Below are positions 49,859 through 59,477 of a DNA stretch of 64,000 bases, in pieces; position 1 is the stretch's first letter, and the number at the start of each line of letters is the position of its first letter. The position numbers were made by a program, and so were the translations under genes. The DNA is from Candidatus Poseidoniaceae archaeon (GTDB lineage: Archaea; Thermoplasmatota; Poseidoniia; Poseidoniales; Poseidoniaceae). A model generated the notes under the pieces. It saw only the letters and a program-made list of their open reading frames with translations. It was not told the DNA's origin and made no database searches. The stretch spans positions 32,001-96,000 of the forward strand of contig CBFIJH010000002.1 in the NCBI GenBank assembly GCA_965662895.1, read 5' to 3'.

Positions 49859-51273
49859 ATCTTAAGATTGGCCTGTCGAGCGAGCAGAAGGACTTGCATG
49901 GAATGCTCAAGCATGGCTGCATTCGCCATGGCTTGGTCAAGGTTGGCTCCAACAGCATAGGCTCCATGACCTCGAACAACGACGCAACGCATGCCGCCTT
50001 GTTGCAGAGCTTCTGCGACCTGACGGAGGAATTCGTCTTGAGCATCATCGTCAGGATCGACAATGACGACCTTGCCAATGTGTTCTTTGCCAAGAACGTC
50101 AATTGGTTGGACAAGAATCAGGTCCTTCTCACAACTTGCCGCGGTTGTGTAGGGCCCTTGCATGTGGATGCATGCTGCCGGACCACCAGTAGCGAGTGCT
50201 GCAACAGAAGCAAGGAGAACTTCGTGAACCTTCCATTCACCAATGGCGCCACGAGGAGGATTTCCTCCAAGAGGGCCTCCGACAATGCCTCGTTCGTCGA
50301 GACGAGCAAGCATGGTTGAATGGCGAGTGCTGATCATCAAACCTGGCTCGTCGGGGTGGAGCATTGAAATGGCGCCCATTGTTCCTTTGACCAGCCCTTC
50401 TCGACTGAGTTGTCGCCCCATTCGAGCGAAGTCGGCCACAATATGTGGAGGAACGACAATGTTGTCGAGGACGACAGGTGGCATCGGCGTTTCTTCAATC
50501 TCTTCGATAACTTCGACTGCGCCGACAAGGCTTCCGCGTAGACGTTCAATTTCCGCTGTAAGTCGAGCGATTTCCATTTCTCGATCAGCGTCGACAGGTG
50601 CGTCCTCAGCCGGGTGTTGTTCAAGAACAGATTCCTCAACTGGAGCTTTCTCGGAAGGAAGTTCTTCCTTTGTCGGCTCAATAACCACTGATTCTGACGT
50701 TTCTTCTCCAGTTTCTGCAGAAGACGATGCGGTAGCAAACTCCTCTGGTGCAACTTCTTCGGGAGTTGATTCAGTCTCGGACACTTCTTCCGCAGCTCCA
50801 GGTTCTTCGTTTGCAGGCTCGTCTTGAGCGGGCTCTATTTCTTCTTGAACAGGTTGTGGTGGTGTTTCTACAACCTCCTCAACAACAGGTTCTGCCTCTG
50901 AAATTGGTTCCTTTTCAACTGCTGGCGGATTGGTTGGTGGTTGTTGAGGCGGTCCCTTTGGCGGGCCTGTCCGTAGACCCGATGGAGGCCCTGTTGGACC
51001 GTCACTTGGAGGTCCTTGAGGAGGGCCAGAAGGCCCAGGTGGACCCGGCGGTCCGGATGGCGGAGAGGAGGGTGGGCCTGTTGGAGGCCCTGTCGGACCA
51101 GAAGGTGGAGCCGTAGGTGGATTCATTGGAGGTTCTGAAGGTCCTGTTTGCTCGGAAGGTTTTGGACTTTCAATCTCTTCCATGGCACCAAATGCACCAT
51201 CAAGCATTGAACCCAAAGCGGCTTGTTCTGCTTGTTCTCGGGCTTCTTCTGCAGAGGTTTTCTTTGCCGCCAT
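49855..51273 (-). CDS. class II aldolase/adducin-head domain protein with long Pro-rich and acidic N-terminus
   Basis: C-terminal GRQLSREGLV.GTMGAIS, HEVL, IHMQGPY, VVVRGHGAYAVG; N-terminal GPP repeats. Confidence 0.75.
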   Translation of the reverse strand: MAAKKTSAEEAREQAEQAALGSMLDGAFGAMEEIESPKPSEQTGPSEPPMNPPTAPPSGPTGPPTGPPSSPPSGPPGPPGPSGPPQGPPSDGPTGPPSGLRTGPPKGPPQQPPTNPPAVEKEPISEAEPVVEEVVETPPQPVQEEIEPAQDEPANEEPGAAEEVSETESTPEEVAPEEFATASSSAETGEETSESVVIEPTKEELPSEKAPVEESVLEQHPAEDAPVDADREMEIARLTAEIERLRGSLVGAVEVIEEIEETPMPPVVLDNIVVPPHIVADFARMGRQLSREGLVKGTMGAISMLHPDEPGLMISTRHSTMLARLDERGIVGGPLGGNPPRGAIGEWKVHEVLLASVAALATGGPAACIHMQGPYTTAASCEKDLILVQPIDVLGKEHIGKVVIVDPDDDAQDEFLRQVAEALQQGGMRCVVVRGHGAYAVGANLDQAMANAAMLEHSMQVLLLARQANLKI

Positions 51274-51339
51274 GGTCGTCCCTGACTACGCCATACCTCG
51301 CGGCTTAAATAGCGGTTCCGTTACGGCAGGATGCATACG

Positions 51340-51411
51340 GCCCGCTTGGTGTAGAGGTTATCATGCAGGATTGTCATTCCTGCGACCCGGGTTCAATTCC
51401 CGGAGCGGGCG
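51340..51411 (+). tRNA. tRNA-Asp(GTC), CCA not fully encoded
   Basis: GCCCGCT/AGCGGGC acceptor stem, CAGGA-TTGTCAT-TCCTG anticodon arm, GGTTCAATTCC; TTAAATA upstream. Confidence 0.95.
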
Positions 51412-51413
51412 CC

Positions 51414-51548
51414 TCATTCTTCACGTTGATGAATTGTGACCGTTCCACAGACTCTGCACCAGACTTTGATGCCATCGATTCGTGGGGTTGCCCCTGCGAT
51501 GTCTATGCTTGCTCCACATTGGCATTGGACAACATTGCGCATGAACAT
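51414..51548 (-). CDS. putative 44-aa zinc-ribbon microprotein
   Basis: Not in ORF track; MFMRNVVQCQCGASIDIAGATPRIDGIKVWCRVCGTVTIHQREE with CxCG and CxxCG knuckles; fills the gap between trm5 and tRNA-Asp. Confidence 0.6.
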   Translation of the reverse strand: MFMRNVVQCQCGASIDIAGATPRIDGIKVWCRVCGTVTIHQREE

Positions 51549-51572
51549 TCCAACCCTTTGATGTTCATGAAT

Positions 51573-52664
51573 TCAACGCTTGTTTTGGTTTGACAAAACC
51601 AGTTCGTAACGGAACATGGCTTTTGCAGTCGAGAAACCTTTGATTTCTTCGACTCGAATGTTCGTGATTGTTCGATCACCCGCTTCGATGATGGTTTGCA
51701 ATTGATTCGCAATATCGGCCTGCCGTTCTTGAATCGACCATCCGCAAACCAACGATTCCTCGTCAGATAAGAGGGGGAGTAAATCTGGGAGGTGTTCGAT
51801 GCTCTCGTGTGGTAAATTCACCAATAAAACATCCGCGCAGCCGCCCATTTCTGGTCTGACATCTATGAGTTTACGTGCATCCATACAGTCCACGACATAC
51901 GACCCTTCTTGCTTGCGTTTCGAATGAAAATATTGCATATTCTGTTCCAAAAGAGGTTTTGCATTCGGGTTCATGTCGTTCACGTATGCTTTAGACACGA
52001 GATTTGAATCGGTATACAACAGGGCCATAGAAGGACCGACTCCAGCATATGGATCAACGATAACAAGCGGTCTTCCTTTCGCCTGAGTCATCGAAGCAAC
52101 TGCATCAAAGGTCCGCATTCGTTGGGTTCCTAAACGACCTGAAAAGTATGCGAGAGCGGGGTCGATGTCGAACTCATGGCCATGCTCCCTGTATCGCGTT
52201 TGCGTTGAATCATTCGCTTGTCTTGATTTGATGACGCGTAGATTGCGGACTCGAAACTCGCCTTCAACGCCGGCGTCGTGACATACGACGCGGACGGACG
52301 GGAATTGTTCCAACATAGCCTCAGCAATCGCTTGTTCAATATCGATCATCTCGTCTGGAATCTTAACCAATAAGACATCTCCTTGGACCTCAAAGGCTTG
52401 TGGGAAGTCGTCACCAAATTCGTTCCGAATATCACGCGGAATGTGTTCCCAATAATGCTGCGCCTTTTTTTCCGATGCTTGCAAATCGATGATTGCGTGT
52501 CCTTCCCAAATCGAATCGTTCGCTTCTGGAGCATTCACATTGAGGGGGATGGCCGTATCATCGTTGACTCGTTGCACTCGATGCCCAGTTTCATACCAAC
52601 CCTTCAATTTGCAGAAGTCAATCCAATGCGACGTCTGAGTACTCGGCACCCTCAAATGACGCAT
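51573..52664 (-). CDS. tRNA methyltransferase, Trm5/TYW2 (Met-10+) family
   Basis: FEVQGDV, GEFRVR, YFSGRL, DPYAGVGP, NDMNP, VNLP. Confidence 0.85.
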   Translation of the reverse strand: MRHLRVPSTQTSHWIDFCKLKGWYETGHRVQRVNDDTAIPLNVNAPEANDSIWEGHAIIDLQASEKKAQHYWEHIPRDIRNEFGDDFPQAFEVQGDVLLVKIPDEMIDIEQAIAEAMLEQFPSVRVVCHDAGVEGEFRVRNLRVIKSRQANDSTQTRYREHGHEFDIDPALAYFSGRLGTQRMRTFDAVASMTQAKGRPLVIVDPYAGVGPSMALLYTDSNLVSKAYVNDMNPNAKPLLEQNMQYFHSKRKQEGSYVVDCMDARKLIDVRPEMGGCADVLLVNLPHESIEHLPDLLPLLSDEESLVCGWSIQERQADIANQLQTIIEAGDRTITNIRVEEIKGFSTAKAMFRYELVLSNQNKR

Positions 52665-52701
52665 GGGTCTCGGAGAACCATCGCAAGTATGAGGTTTGAG
52701 G

Positions 52702-53520
52702 ATGGAAAATGACAGCACAACTGGCTTTGCGCTCATTGGAATAGGACCTGGAAAGGTCGAATCCATGACGCTTGAGGCAGTTGAAGTTGCAAAAAGCGCA
52801 GATGTGCGCCTCTATGAAGCCTACACGGCGCTTTGGCCTGAAGATGAACTGGTTAGGTTGGAAGAATTGATTGGTCCGATTAAGCGCATTATGCGACCTG
52901 CCGTTGAACGGCCTGAAGACCTCTTTGAACGAGCAAAATCGCAATCGATTGCCATTCTCGTTGTAGGAGATCCTATGCAAGCAACGACGCACATCGACTT
53001 TCAATTGCGTGCGCAAAAAGCTGGCCTGCCTGTTCGGGTGATTCATGGCATATCTGTGACCACGCTCGTTCCGGGCTCTACAGGCCTCTCGGATTACAAA
53101 TTTGGACGATCAACGACGTTGACTTACCCGTACGGAGAGTGGGTTGTTACATCACCGCTCGAAGTCATGTTACGAAATCAGATGCAGGGTCTCCACACCT
53201 TGGTTTTGTTCGATCTCGATCCTACTGGCGCAGGGACTGGTGATCAACGCCCTATGCAGCCAGTGGATGCTTTCGCAAGCATTGAGAAAATGGCAAAGAA
53301 ACTCAGTGAGTCCGATGTTGATGGTGTGCTGAAAAAACAAGCAATGTCGTTGTTCGAATCCACGTGTGTTCTCTGTTGTGACCTCGGTACAGACGACGCT
53401 TTCATGAAAACGACATCGATGAACAACCTCAACACCGTTTCAGGCGGGAGGTTGAATTGTATGGTCTTCTTAGCCGACACATCGGAGATGGAACAAGAGG
53501 CCATCAACCGCTGGAAGTGA
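52702..53520 (+). CDS. dph5: diphthine synthase
   Basis: LIGIG, YEAYT, VGDPMQATTH, YKFGRSTT, GLHTLVLFD. Confidence 0.92.
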   Translation: MENDSTTGFALIGIGPGKVESMTLEAVEVAKSADVRLYEAYTALWPEDELVRLEELIGPIKRIMRPAVERPEDLFERAKSQSIAILVVGDPMQATTHIDFQLRAQKAGLPVRVIHGISVTTLVPGSTGLSDYKFGRSTTLTYPYGEWVVTSPLEVMLRNQMQGLHTLVLFDLDPTGAGTGDQRPMQPVDAFASIEKMAKKLSESDVDGVLKKQAMSLFESTCVLCCDLGTDDAFMKTTSMNNLNTVSGGRLNCMVFLADTSEMEQEAINRWK

Positions 53521-53524
53521 AACG

Positions 53525-55591
53525 ATGGACATTGGAATTCTTCTCTCGTTCCTGCTGTTTCTTGGCTTTTTCGCCGGTGTTGGACTCGCAAGTATGCGCG
53601 TCAAGCAAGATACGACCGACGACTATCTCGTGGCTGGCCGAGGAATGCATCCTGCACTGGCAGCACTCTCAGCAGTGAGCACATGGAACTCCGGTTACAT
53701 GTTCATTGGTTTCATCGGATTCATCTACCTCATGGGTTATTCTGCAATTTGGATTGGTTTGATTTCCACTGTCGGACAGTTGGTTGCGTGGGCTTGGTTG
53801 TACAAATTTATCCAAAAGGAAGGGAATGAGCGAGGTCTGCGTTCACTTTCCTCACTTGTCTCTGAGAAAGCTGGAGCACCTGAAGCAAAATTGGCTGCAG
53901 TACTCTCTGTCTTTTTCCTAGCGATATATGCAGCTGCTCAACTAACTGCTGGAGGAAAGGCCCTTTTCGTTATGCTCGGGTGGCCCGAACTGGTTGGAAT
54001 CCTCATTGGATTCGTTCTCGTTGTCGCCTATTGTTATGCCGGAGGTATTCGAGCTTCAATCTGGACCGATGCAGCACAATCCTGTGTAATGATCGTCGGT
54101 TCGATTATTCTGTGCTGGGTTGCTCTTGGGGATGTGGGAGGATTCTCAGGCATGCATGGGGAATTAAAATCCCAAAGTGCGACACTCGTTAATTTCCTTC
54201 CGACGGACATCTCTTTGGGGATTTCACTCTACCTTCTTGCATTCTTTTTGGGAGGTTTGGGTGTTGCTGGTCAACCTCAAGTTGTATCTCGAGTGATGAC
54301 GCTCAAATCCGATAAAGACAGAAAGCAGGCCATGATTTGGTTTTTCGTTTGGCAGACCCCGTTCATCGCATTGATGTTCATCGTCGGGCTTGCGAGTCGG
54401 GTATTGTTCACAGATGGAAATTTCGATGCGGAACTCGGTTTACCTGCCCTTGCTATGGACACCCTGCCCGCACTTGGTGTTGGGATGATTCTTGCATCAA
54501 TTTTTGCTGCGACAATGTCGACAGCCGATAGTCAAGTGCTCGCTTGCACTGCTGCGATTACTGATGACATCAAGCCAGAATGGCGAGAGGATCATAAAAC
54601 GACAAAGAAAGTCACACTGTACGTCGCTGCGGCGGCGACTGCAATCTCCATTGGTGGTCTCTATGTCCCTGGAGGGGATTCCGTTTTCGCCCTTGTTGTT
54701 CTTGCTGTATATGGGCTTGGAGGCATATTTGTCCCTCTTCTCATCGTTCGTTGGACTGGGTACAAACCTGATTCTTTCCACTCGATTGTCATGATGATTT
54801 CGGCTTTTTCAGGTGTTATCGTTTGGACAGTACTTGGTCTTGGTGAAGATGTCTTCCCATCCGTTCCTGGAGTCGGTGCGGCTTTCATTGCACACTTCAT
54901 CATGTGCGCAGCGCGTGATGGTTCCGCTTCCAATCCCTTTGGTCGATTTGAGATTTCTCAAGAGCGACGTCGCCAGTTCACGACAGTGGGCGTCATTGCG
55001 CTCTGTTTCGTTGGCGTTGCGGAAGGTGCCTATGCGGTTTACGGGCCCGACTCCACTGACGATTCAGATGCAAACAGAGTTGCCACATATCAGATTGATG
55101 GGAATTTTTCCCTCGTTGAAATCGGCTCTGGTACAGAAATTGTCTCTGAGACTGCACAAGTCTCAGCATCCAGCGATGCCGTTGATGTGAACGGACTAAA
55201 CGTCGTCGGATTCCATATGACGACAAGCCACACAGACAACGAAGAAGCTTGCAACCTCCTCGCAACGACTGAGGATGATGAAGTAGGGTACAGCGGAGGG
55301 ATAGGAGATTCCACTGTAGCGAATTCCGGGATACAACAAACACTCGAATCTGAATATTATTGGATTGATTCAAGTCTTGTTGGGAGCACAACAACCAATT
55401 CAACATCTTCAATCGCTTCCATGCTCAACGGCGGTGATACAGGGTTCGGTTCCTACGAATTCACAATCAGTGCTGTCATCAATAGTGGTGGCTTCTCTCA
55501 AATTTGTCAAAACGACGACTCTGATGAATCCGTTGATTGGATGATTTCCCTCATAACGCTCGATTATACGCTTACAGAAATCAAATCTTGA
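53525..55591 (+). CDS. sodium:solute (proline-like) symporter with extra C-terminal external domain
   Basis: DYLVAGR, ALSAVST..SGYMFIG, GGIRASIWTD, GQPQVVSR, AATMSTADSQ. Confidence 0.88.
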   Translation: MDIGILLSFLLFLGFFAGVGLASMRVKQDTTDDYLVAGRGMHPALAALSAVSTWNSGYMFIGFIGFIYLMGYSAIWIGLISTVGQLVAWAWLYKFIQKEGNERGLRSLSSLVSEKAGAPEAKLAAVLSVFFLAIYAAAQLTAGGKALFVMLGWPELVGILIGFVLVVAYCYAGGIRASIWTDAAQSCVMIVGSIILCWVALGDVGGFSGMHGELKSQSATLVNFLPTDISLGISLYLLAFFLGGLGVAGQPQVVSRVMTLKSDKDRKQAMIWFFVWQTPFIALMFIVGLASRVLFTDGNFDAELGLPALAMDTLPALGVGMILASIFAATMSTADSQVLACTAAITDDIKPEWREDHKTTKKVTLYVAAAATAISIGGLYVPGGDSVFALVVLAVYGLGGIFVPLLIVRWTGYKPDSFHSIVMMISAFSGVIVWTVLGLGEDVFPSVPGVGAAFIAHFIMCAARDGSASNPFGRFEISQERRRQFTTVGVIALCFVGVAEGAYAVYGPDSTDDSDANRVATYQIDGNFSLVEIGSGTEIVSETAQVSASSDAVDVNGLNVVGFHMTTSHTDNEEACNLLATTEDDEVGYSGGIGDSTVANSGIQQTLESEYYWIDSSLVGSTTTNSTSSIASMLNGGDTGFGSYEFTISAVINSGGFSQICQNDDSDESVDWMISLITLDYTLTEIKS

Positions 55592-56420
55592 ATTGTTGGG
55601 CCTCGTATCCAATTGACCAACCTGATGCATTGAGTTGAGTTGATGCATCCGATTGTGAATTGTAAAGTGGATTGGTATGATTCAGATGGATAAAATGAAT
55701 TTCAGGATCATCACTGCGCCGTGGGCCCAATCGGTTGAGCGATTCCTCCACTGTTGGGTGCGGAACAACGCTCATGTCCCTACCTTGGAGTTCTCCCCCA
55801 GACCAAAAGGTTCCATCGAGAAGTGCAACGTCGATTGAGAATTTCTGTAGGAATGTTCTGATCGAGTCGCATCCATAGACTTCGAGTGTTTGATTCCAAG
55901 AATCATGATCTGGTAAGAAAAGCAGCGACTTCTCTTGACCTCTGATGATTGTTGCATGCATATCAGAAAGTTCAGCGCGATGAGGGACTGGAATGAATTC
56001 GATGACAACGTCATCGATTTCAACTCGAGGAAACGTGCTTGGCTCGAACACATTTTGTTGCAGCAATTGGTTCCAAGCTGGCGTTGCTTCGATTAACGCG
56101 TGCATCAAGGGGCTGCAATGAAGTTTGATGTTTCGTGCTGACATCGTTTCACGGCCGAACAATCCGAGTCCATCCACATGGCCAAGATGAGCATGTGTAA
56201 TGAAAAGATGATCGACGCTTGGATTGCCAATCATTCTTAATTGTCGTCCGAGATCTCTCGTCGCCTCAACGAGAAGGGTCTTACCTCCACTTGTTCGGAT
56301 GCCAAGAGCCACAGGGCTTCTGTAATCATCCTCAGTCAATCCATGACAGCAGAGTCTCGTACATCCGGGTTGAGGGCGCCCCCCGTCTTGGGCAATTCCA
56401 AGCAGTGTGATAACCGCCAT
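55581..56420 (-). CDS. metallo-beta-lactamase-fold hydrolase (PqqB-like)
   Basis: LGIAQDGG.PQ.GC, THAHLGHVDG, LDGTF, HLNHTNP. Confidence 0.85.
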   Translation of the reverse strand: MAVITLLGIAQDGGRPQPGCTRLCCHGLTEDDYRSPVALGIRTSGGKTLLVEATRDLGRQLRMIGNPSVDHLFITHAHLGHVDGLGLFGRETMSARNIKLHCSPLMHALIEATPAWNQLLQQNVFEPSTFPRVEIDDVVIEFIPVPHRAELSDMHATIIRGQEKSLLFLPDHDSWNQTLEVYGCDSIRTFLQKFSIDVALLDGTFWSGGELQGRDMSVVPHPTVEESLNRLGPRRSDDPEIHFIHLNHTNPLYNSQSDASTQLNASGWSIGYEAQQFKI

Positions 56421-56506
56421 GATGACAGCACACAGTTCTGCATCATAGACATATTCAGGGGGAAGACCTCAAGCCAGACGCCGGATTGGATTGAAATGAC
56501 GGGCTT

Positions 56507-58261
56507 ATGGCACGACCAGCTCAAGTATCCTTTCCTGGCCAAAAACAACGGATGCGAATGCGTGGAACAAAACATGCAAACGATGCGACTGCAAAGCGGC
56601 TTGGTCGACAATTGCGCCAACTCCTCGAGGATCCTGACGAATATCTTCCAAAAATGACCTGGAAAGGTCGATTAAGTTGGGGTCGTAAAGATCCTGTTAC
56701 CAAGACATTGCAGGACCTTCGGAAAATCGTTGCCAAAAAAGACAATGTGAAATGGCTCTCAAAGCGTATGTTAGCAAAACGTGGCGACCCGGTTGGTAAA
56801 GCACTCGCTGGCTCGTTGCATGCCGCACACGATGAGGAGATTTCGCTGGTTGGAAACTTCAAGTCCCCAAACTTTGGTTCGGGTTCCTTCGTTCGACGCG
56901 GTGATGGTAAGCAAGGATACCTCGCTGGATTGCAAAATCATCAAAACCTAACATTGCGAATGTTGCCTTGGGAAGATCACGCACGAAAAGGGATGTATTT
57001 CTTTTCGTGGGAGAACGGATTCGTCTGTACGGGGCCCAATCCAAACCCTCCAGAGGGATGGTTGGAAGATGTTCTTGAACGCTCTCGTTTTGATTTCACA
57101 CACAACGAGATAAATGGCGTTGATGTCTATGTCTCAGGAGAAATATCCGGGCGAGATGTTCTCAATGGGACGCCCTCAACGCAAGGATGGGTTCGACTCA
57201 CCTTCAAACATGGGCCTGTTGTTGGCATTGATTTGGAATCACTCAAGGCGACGAAAGAGAAGCAAAGCGCATTTGTACACCACCTTGCGCTTTCGATGCT
57301 TCCTCCGTTGCTGACTTCGATTGTCGATATCGACGCTATGTGGGTTCCCACCGGATGGGATTTAGAAGACAACCTTCCACAAGGCGCACAAGAAAATCTC
57401 GAGAAGCTCATGGCCGGTTGGCATGGTTTGACCGTCCCTGAAGGAAATCTCACGCGTGCTTGTCAACGGGCAGTTCTTGATTCTCTTGATTTTGGTTTAC
57501 TCATTAAATCGTCTTGGAGCAGAGGCGAATCGATCGAACAGATTCTTGTTTCATTGGAGGAAATACAGGGATCTCAGGATGAAAAATTGTTGGCTGCGGG
57601 TGTTTTCCTCGAGGCAATGAATCGCTCAAATGGAGGTATTCGGATTGATGCTAGAGGTGGCTGCGAAGAGCGAGATGGAAGCATTGTTGAAGTCATGGAG
57701 GGTGCGAGTCTTACCGATGCAGTCAATGCATTATGGGAAGATTTTGGGCTCGCTGGATTGGAATCGATTGGAGTTGAGGGTGATGAAGCTCAAATCATTT
57801 GGGAGCAGCAATTGAAGAAGCCAAAACCGCTCAAAACATTTCTCAAAGGGTTGGACTCCTCTCGAGAAAAAGCCCAACGAAGAGCAAAATTCCCATACCG
57901 CATTGGTGCTCTACCCGGCGCTGTTGGTGCCATTCACGACCTCATTTTGACTGGTTTACTCGAAGGTCCTGGAATTGCCGAGCGGAAGGCAACATCGCGA
58001 CACGACGATATCGATAATGCAGCGGCTGGTTGGGCCTGGTTAAGAGCTGCAAACCGCTCCACTGGTCAGGAATGGCATTTTGAATCTCTTGCTCGCGACC
58101 GTGGTGGAGCATGGATGGAAGCGACGAAAAATTTGCTTGATGCTGGAAACGAATTGCTTCAATCGGAACAAGGTGATCGTTCTGAATTTATTCATGCGCT
58201 CAATGCGCTTCATACTGCAACTGGTCAGCACGAACCGCTTCCAGATCATTCCAGTGCTTGA
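56507..58261 (+). CDS. conserved hypothetical protein (basic N-terminus)
   Basis: 584-aa ORF with no motif recognised. Confidence 0.6.
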   Translation: MARPAQVSFPGQKQRMRMRGTKHANDATAKRLGRQLRQLLEDPDEYLPKMTWKGRLSWGRKDPVTKTLQDLRKIVAKKDNVKWLSKRMLAKRGDPVGKALAGSLHAAHDEEISLVGNFKSPNFGSGSFVRRGDGKQGYLAGLQNHQNLTLRMLPWEDHARKGMYFFSWENGFVCTGPNPNPPEGWLEDVLERSRFDFTHNEINGVDVYVSGEISGRDVLNGTPSTQGWVRLTFKHGPVVGIDLESLKATKEKQSAFVHHLALSMLPPLLTSIVDIDAMWVPTGWDLEDNLPQGAQENLEKLMAGWHGLTVPEGNLTRACQRAVLDSLDFGLLIKSSWSRGESIEQILVSLEEIQGSQDEKLLAAGVFLEAMNRSNGGIRIDARGGCEERDGSIVEVMEGASLTDAVNALWEDFGLAGLESIGVEGDEAQIIWEQQLKKPKPLKTFLKGLDSSREKAQRRAKFPYRIGALPGAVGAIHDLILTGLLEGPGIAERKATSRHDDIDNAAAGWAWLRAANRSTGQEWHFESLARDRGGAWMEATKNLLDAGNELLQSEQGDRSEFIHALNALHTATGQHEPLPDHSSA

Positions 58262-59415
58262 TTGATATCTTCCCAGAGATCTTCGACATCTTCGATTCCG
58301 ACGCTAATTCGAACATAACCTGGTTCAATTCCAGCAGCAATTCGAACTTCGACTGGTATGGCCATGTGGCTCGAAGTGGCTGGAACCTCGATAAGTGACT
58401 CAACGCCGCCGAGGGATGTCGCCTCATAGAAGAGTTTCAGTTTTGACATAAATTTCATTGCGCCCTCGTCCCCACCAGCAACGACAATTCCGAGCATTCC
58501 ACAGCCTTTAGGAACGACGCGTTGAGCAACCTCATAATCGGGATGCGATGGAAGGGTAACATGTTGAACACGGAGGACCTTGGAATGATTTTGAAGACGT
58601 CGTGCAAGTTCTGCTGAGTTTGAGGTTAACAGCGGCATCCTCGCATGCAGCGTACGCATTCCACGCTCCAACAAATAGCAATTGTGGGGGTCTGGAGCAC
58701 CTCCAAAATGCACACGGCCCCGGAAGATTTTCGCTATCAGTTCCTTGGAGCCAACCACGGCACCACCAAGCAAATCCGAATGGCCTCCGAGGAATTTCGT
58801 TGTTGAATGAATTACCAAGTCTGCTCCCATGCTCAATGGTTGACAGGCCCAAGGTGATGCAAATGTATTGTCGACGATCACCAGGAGATTGTGTCGCTTT
58901 CCAACTTCAACCATAGCAGGTATATCGCATACCTTGAGGTTTGGATTTGTAATGGTTTCAATGTAGAGAATTTTTGTGTTGTCCTGTATGGCAGCTTCAT
59001 ACGACGAAGGATCGCGCAAATCGGCCATTGTCGTTTCAATTCCCAACCGAGGTAATTCTTCAGTCATGAGGCCGTATGTTCCACCGTATACATCCGCAGA
59101 TGCAACGATATGGTCGCCCTGATTCAGGAGCATCATCAGCGTGCTCGAGATGGCTGCCATTCCACTTGCGAAGGTTTCTGCATCCTCTCCGCCTTCCATT
59201 GCACAGATTTTTTGAGCAACTGCATCAGAGTTCACTGAGGATATCCGGGAATAGAGAAGGGTATGCTGTGCGCCCGCAGCCCATCCAGCATAACGCTCCT
59301 CAGTCAATTTATAGGTCGAAGAGAGAAAGATTGGAGTGTTCACCGAATCGCCAACATGGTTCGTTCCTGCGTGAACATTTTTTGTCGCCTCGCGATGATT
59401 GTTATTCGTTGACAT
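58246..59415 (-). CDS. PLP-dependent cystathionine gamma-synthase/methionine gamma-lyase family
   Basis: FASGMAAI, YGGT, ETITNP, DNTF, HSTTKFLGGHSD, SLGGVESL. Confidence 0.92.
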   Translation of the reverse strand: MSTNNNHREATKNVHAGTNHVGDSVNTPIFLSSTYKLTEERYAGWAAGAQHTLLYSRISSVNSDAVAQKICAMEGGEDAETFASGMAAISSTLMMLLNQGDHIVASADVYGGTYGLMTEELPRLGIETTMADLRDPSSYEAAIQDNTKILYIETITNPNLKVCDIPAMVEVGKRHNLLVIVDNTFASPWACQPLSMGADLVIHSTTKFLGGHSDLLGGAVVGSKELIAKIFRGRVHFGGAPDPHNCYLLERGMRTLHARMPLLTSNSAELARRLQNHSKVLRVQHVTLPSHPDYEVAQRVVPKGCGMLGIVVAGGDEGAMKFMSKLKLFYEATSLGGVESLIEVPATSSHMAIPVEVRIAAGIEPGYVRISVGIEDVEDLWEDINQALE

Positions 59416-59477
59416 TGACCCGCCCAATACGCACTCAAGGCAGGAGGGACTTGAACGATGTGCTACTTTTGGATGAA

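Noticed and set aside
50930-51130. Collagen triple-helix domain
   Set aside because: GPP units are mostly spaced by four residues, with only a very short uninterrupted Gly-X-Y run; better described as a Pro-rich linker.
51340-51411. tRNA-Asp as an island boundary
   Set aside because: No att-like duplication or mobility gene noticed; neighbours are housekeeping genes.
55581-56420. PQQ biosynthesis cluster
   Set aside because: Only a PqqB-like MBL hydrolase is present; no pqqA, C, D or E nearby.
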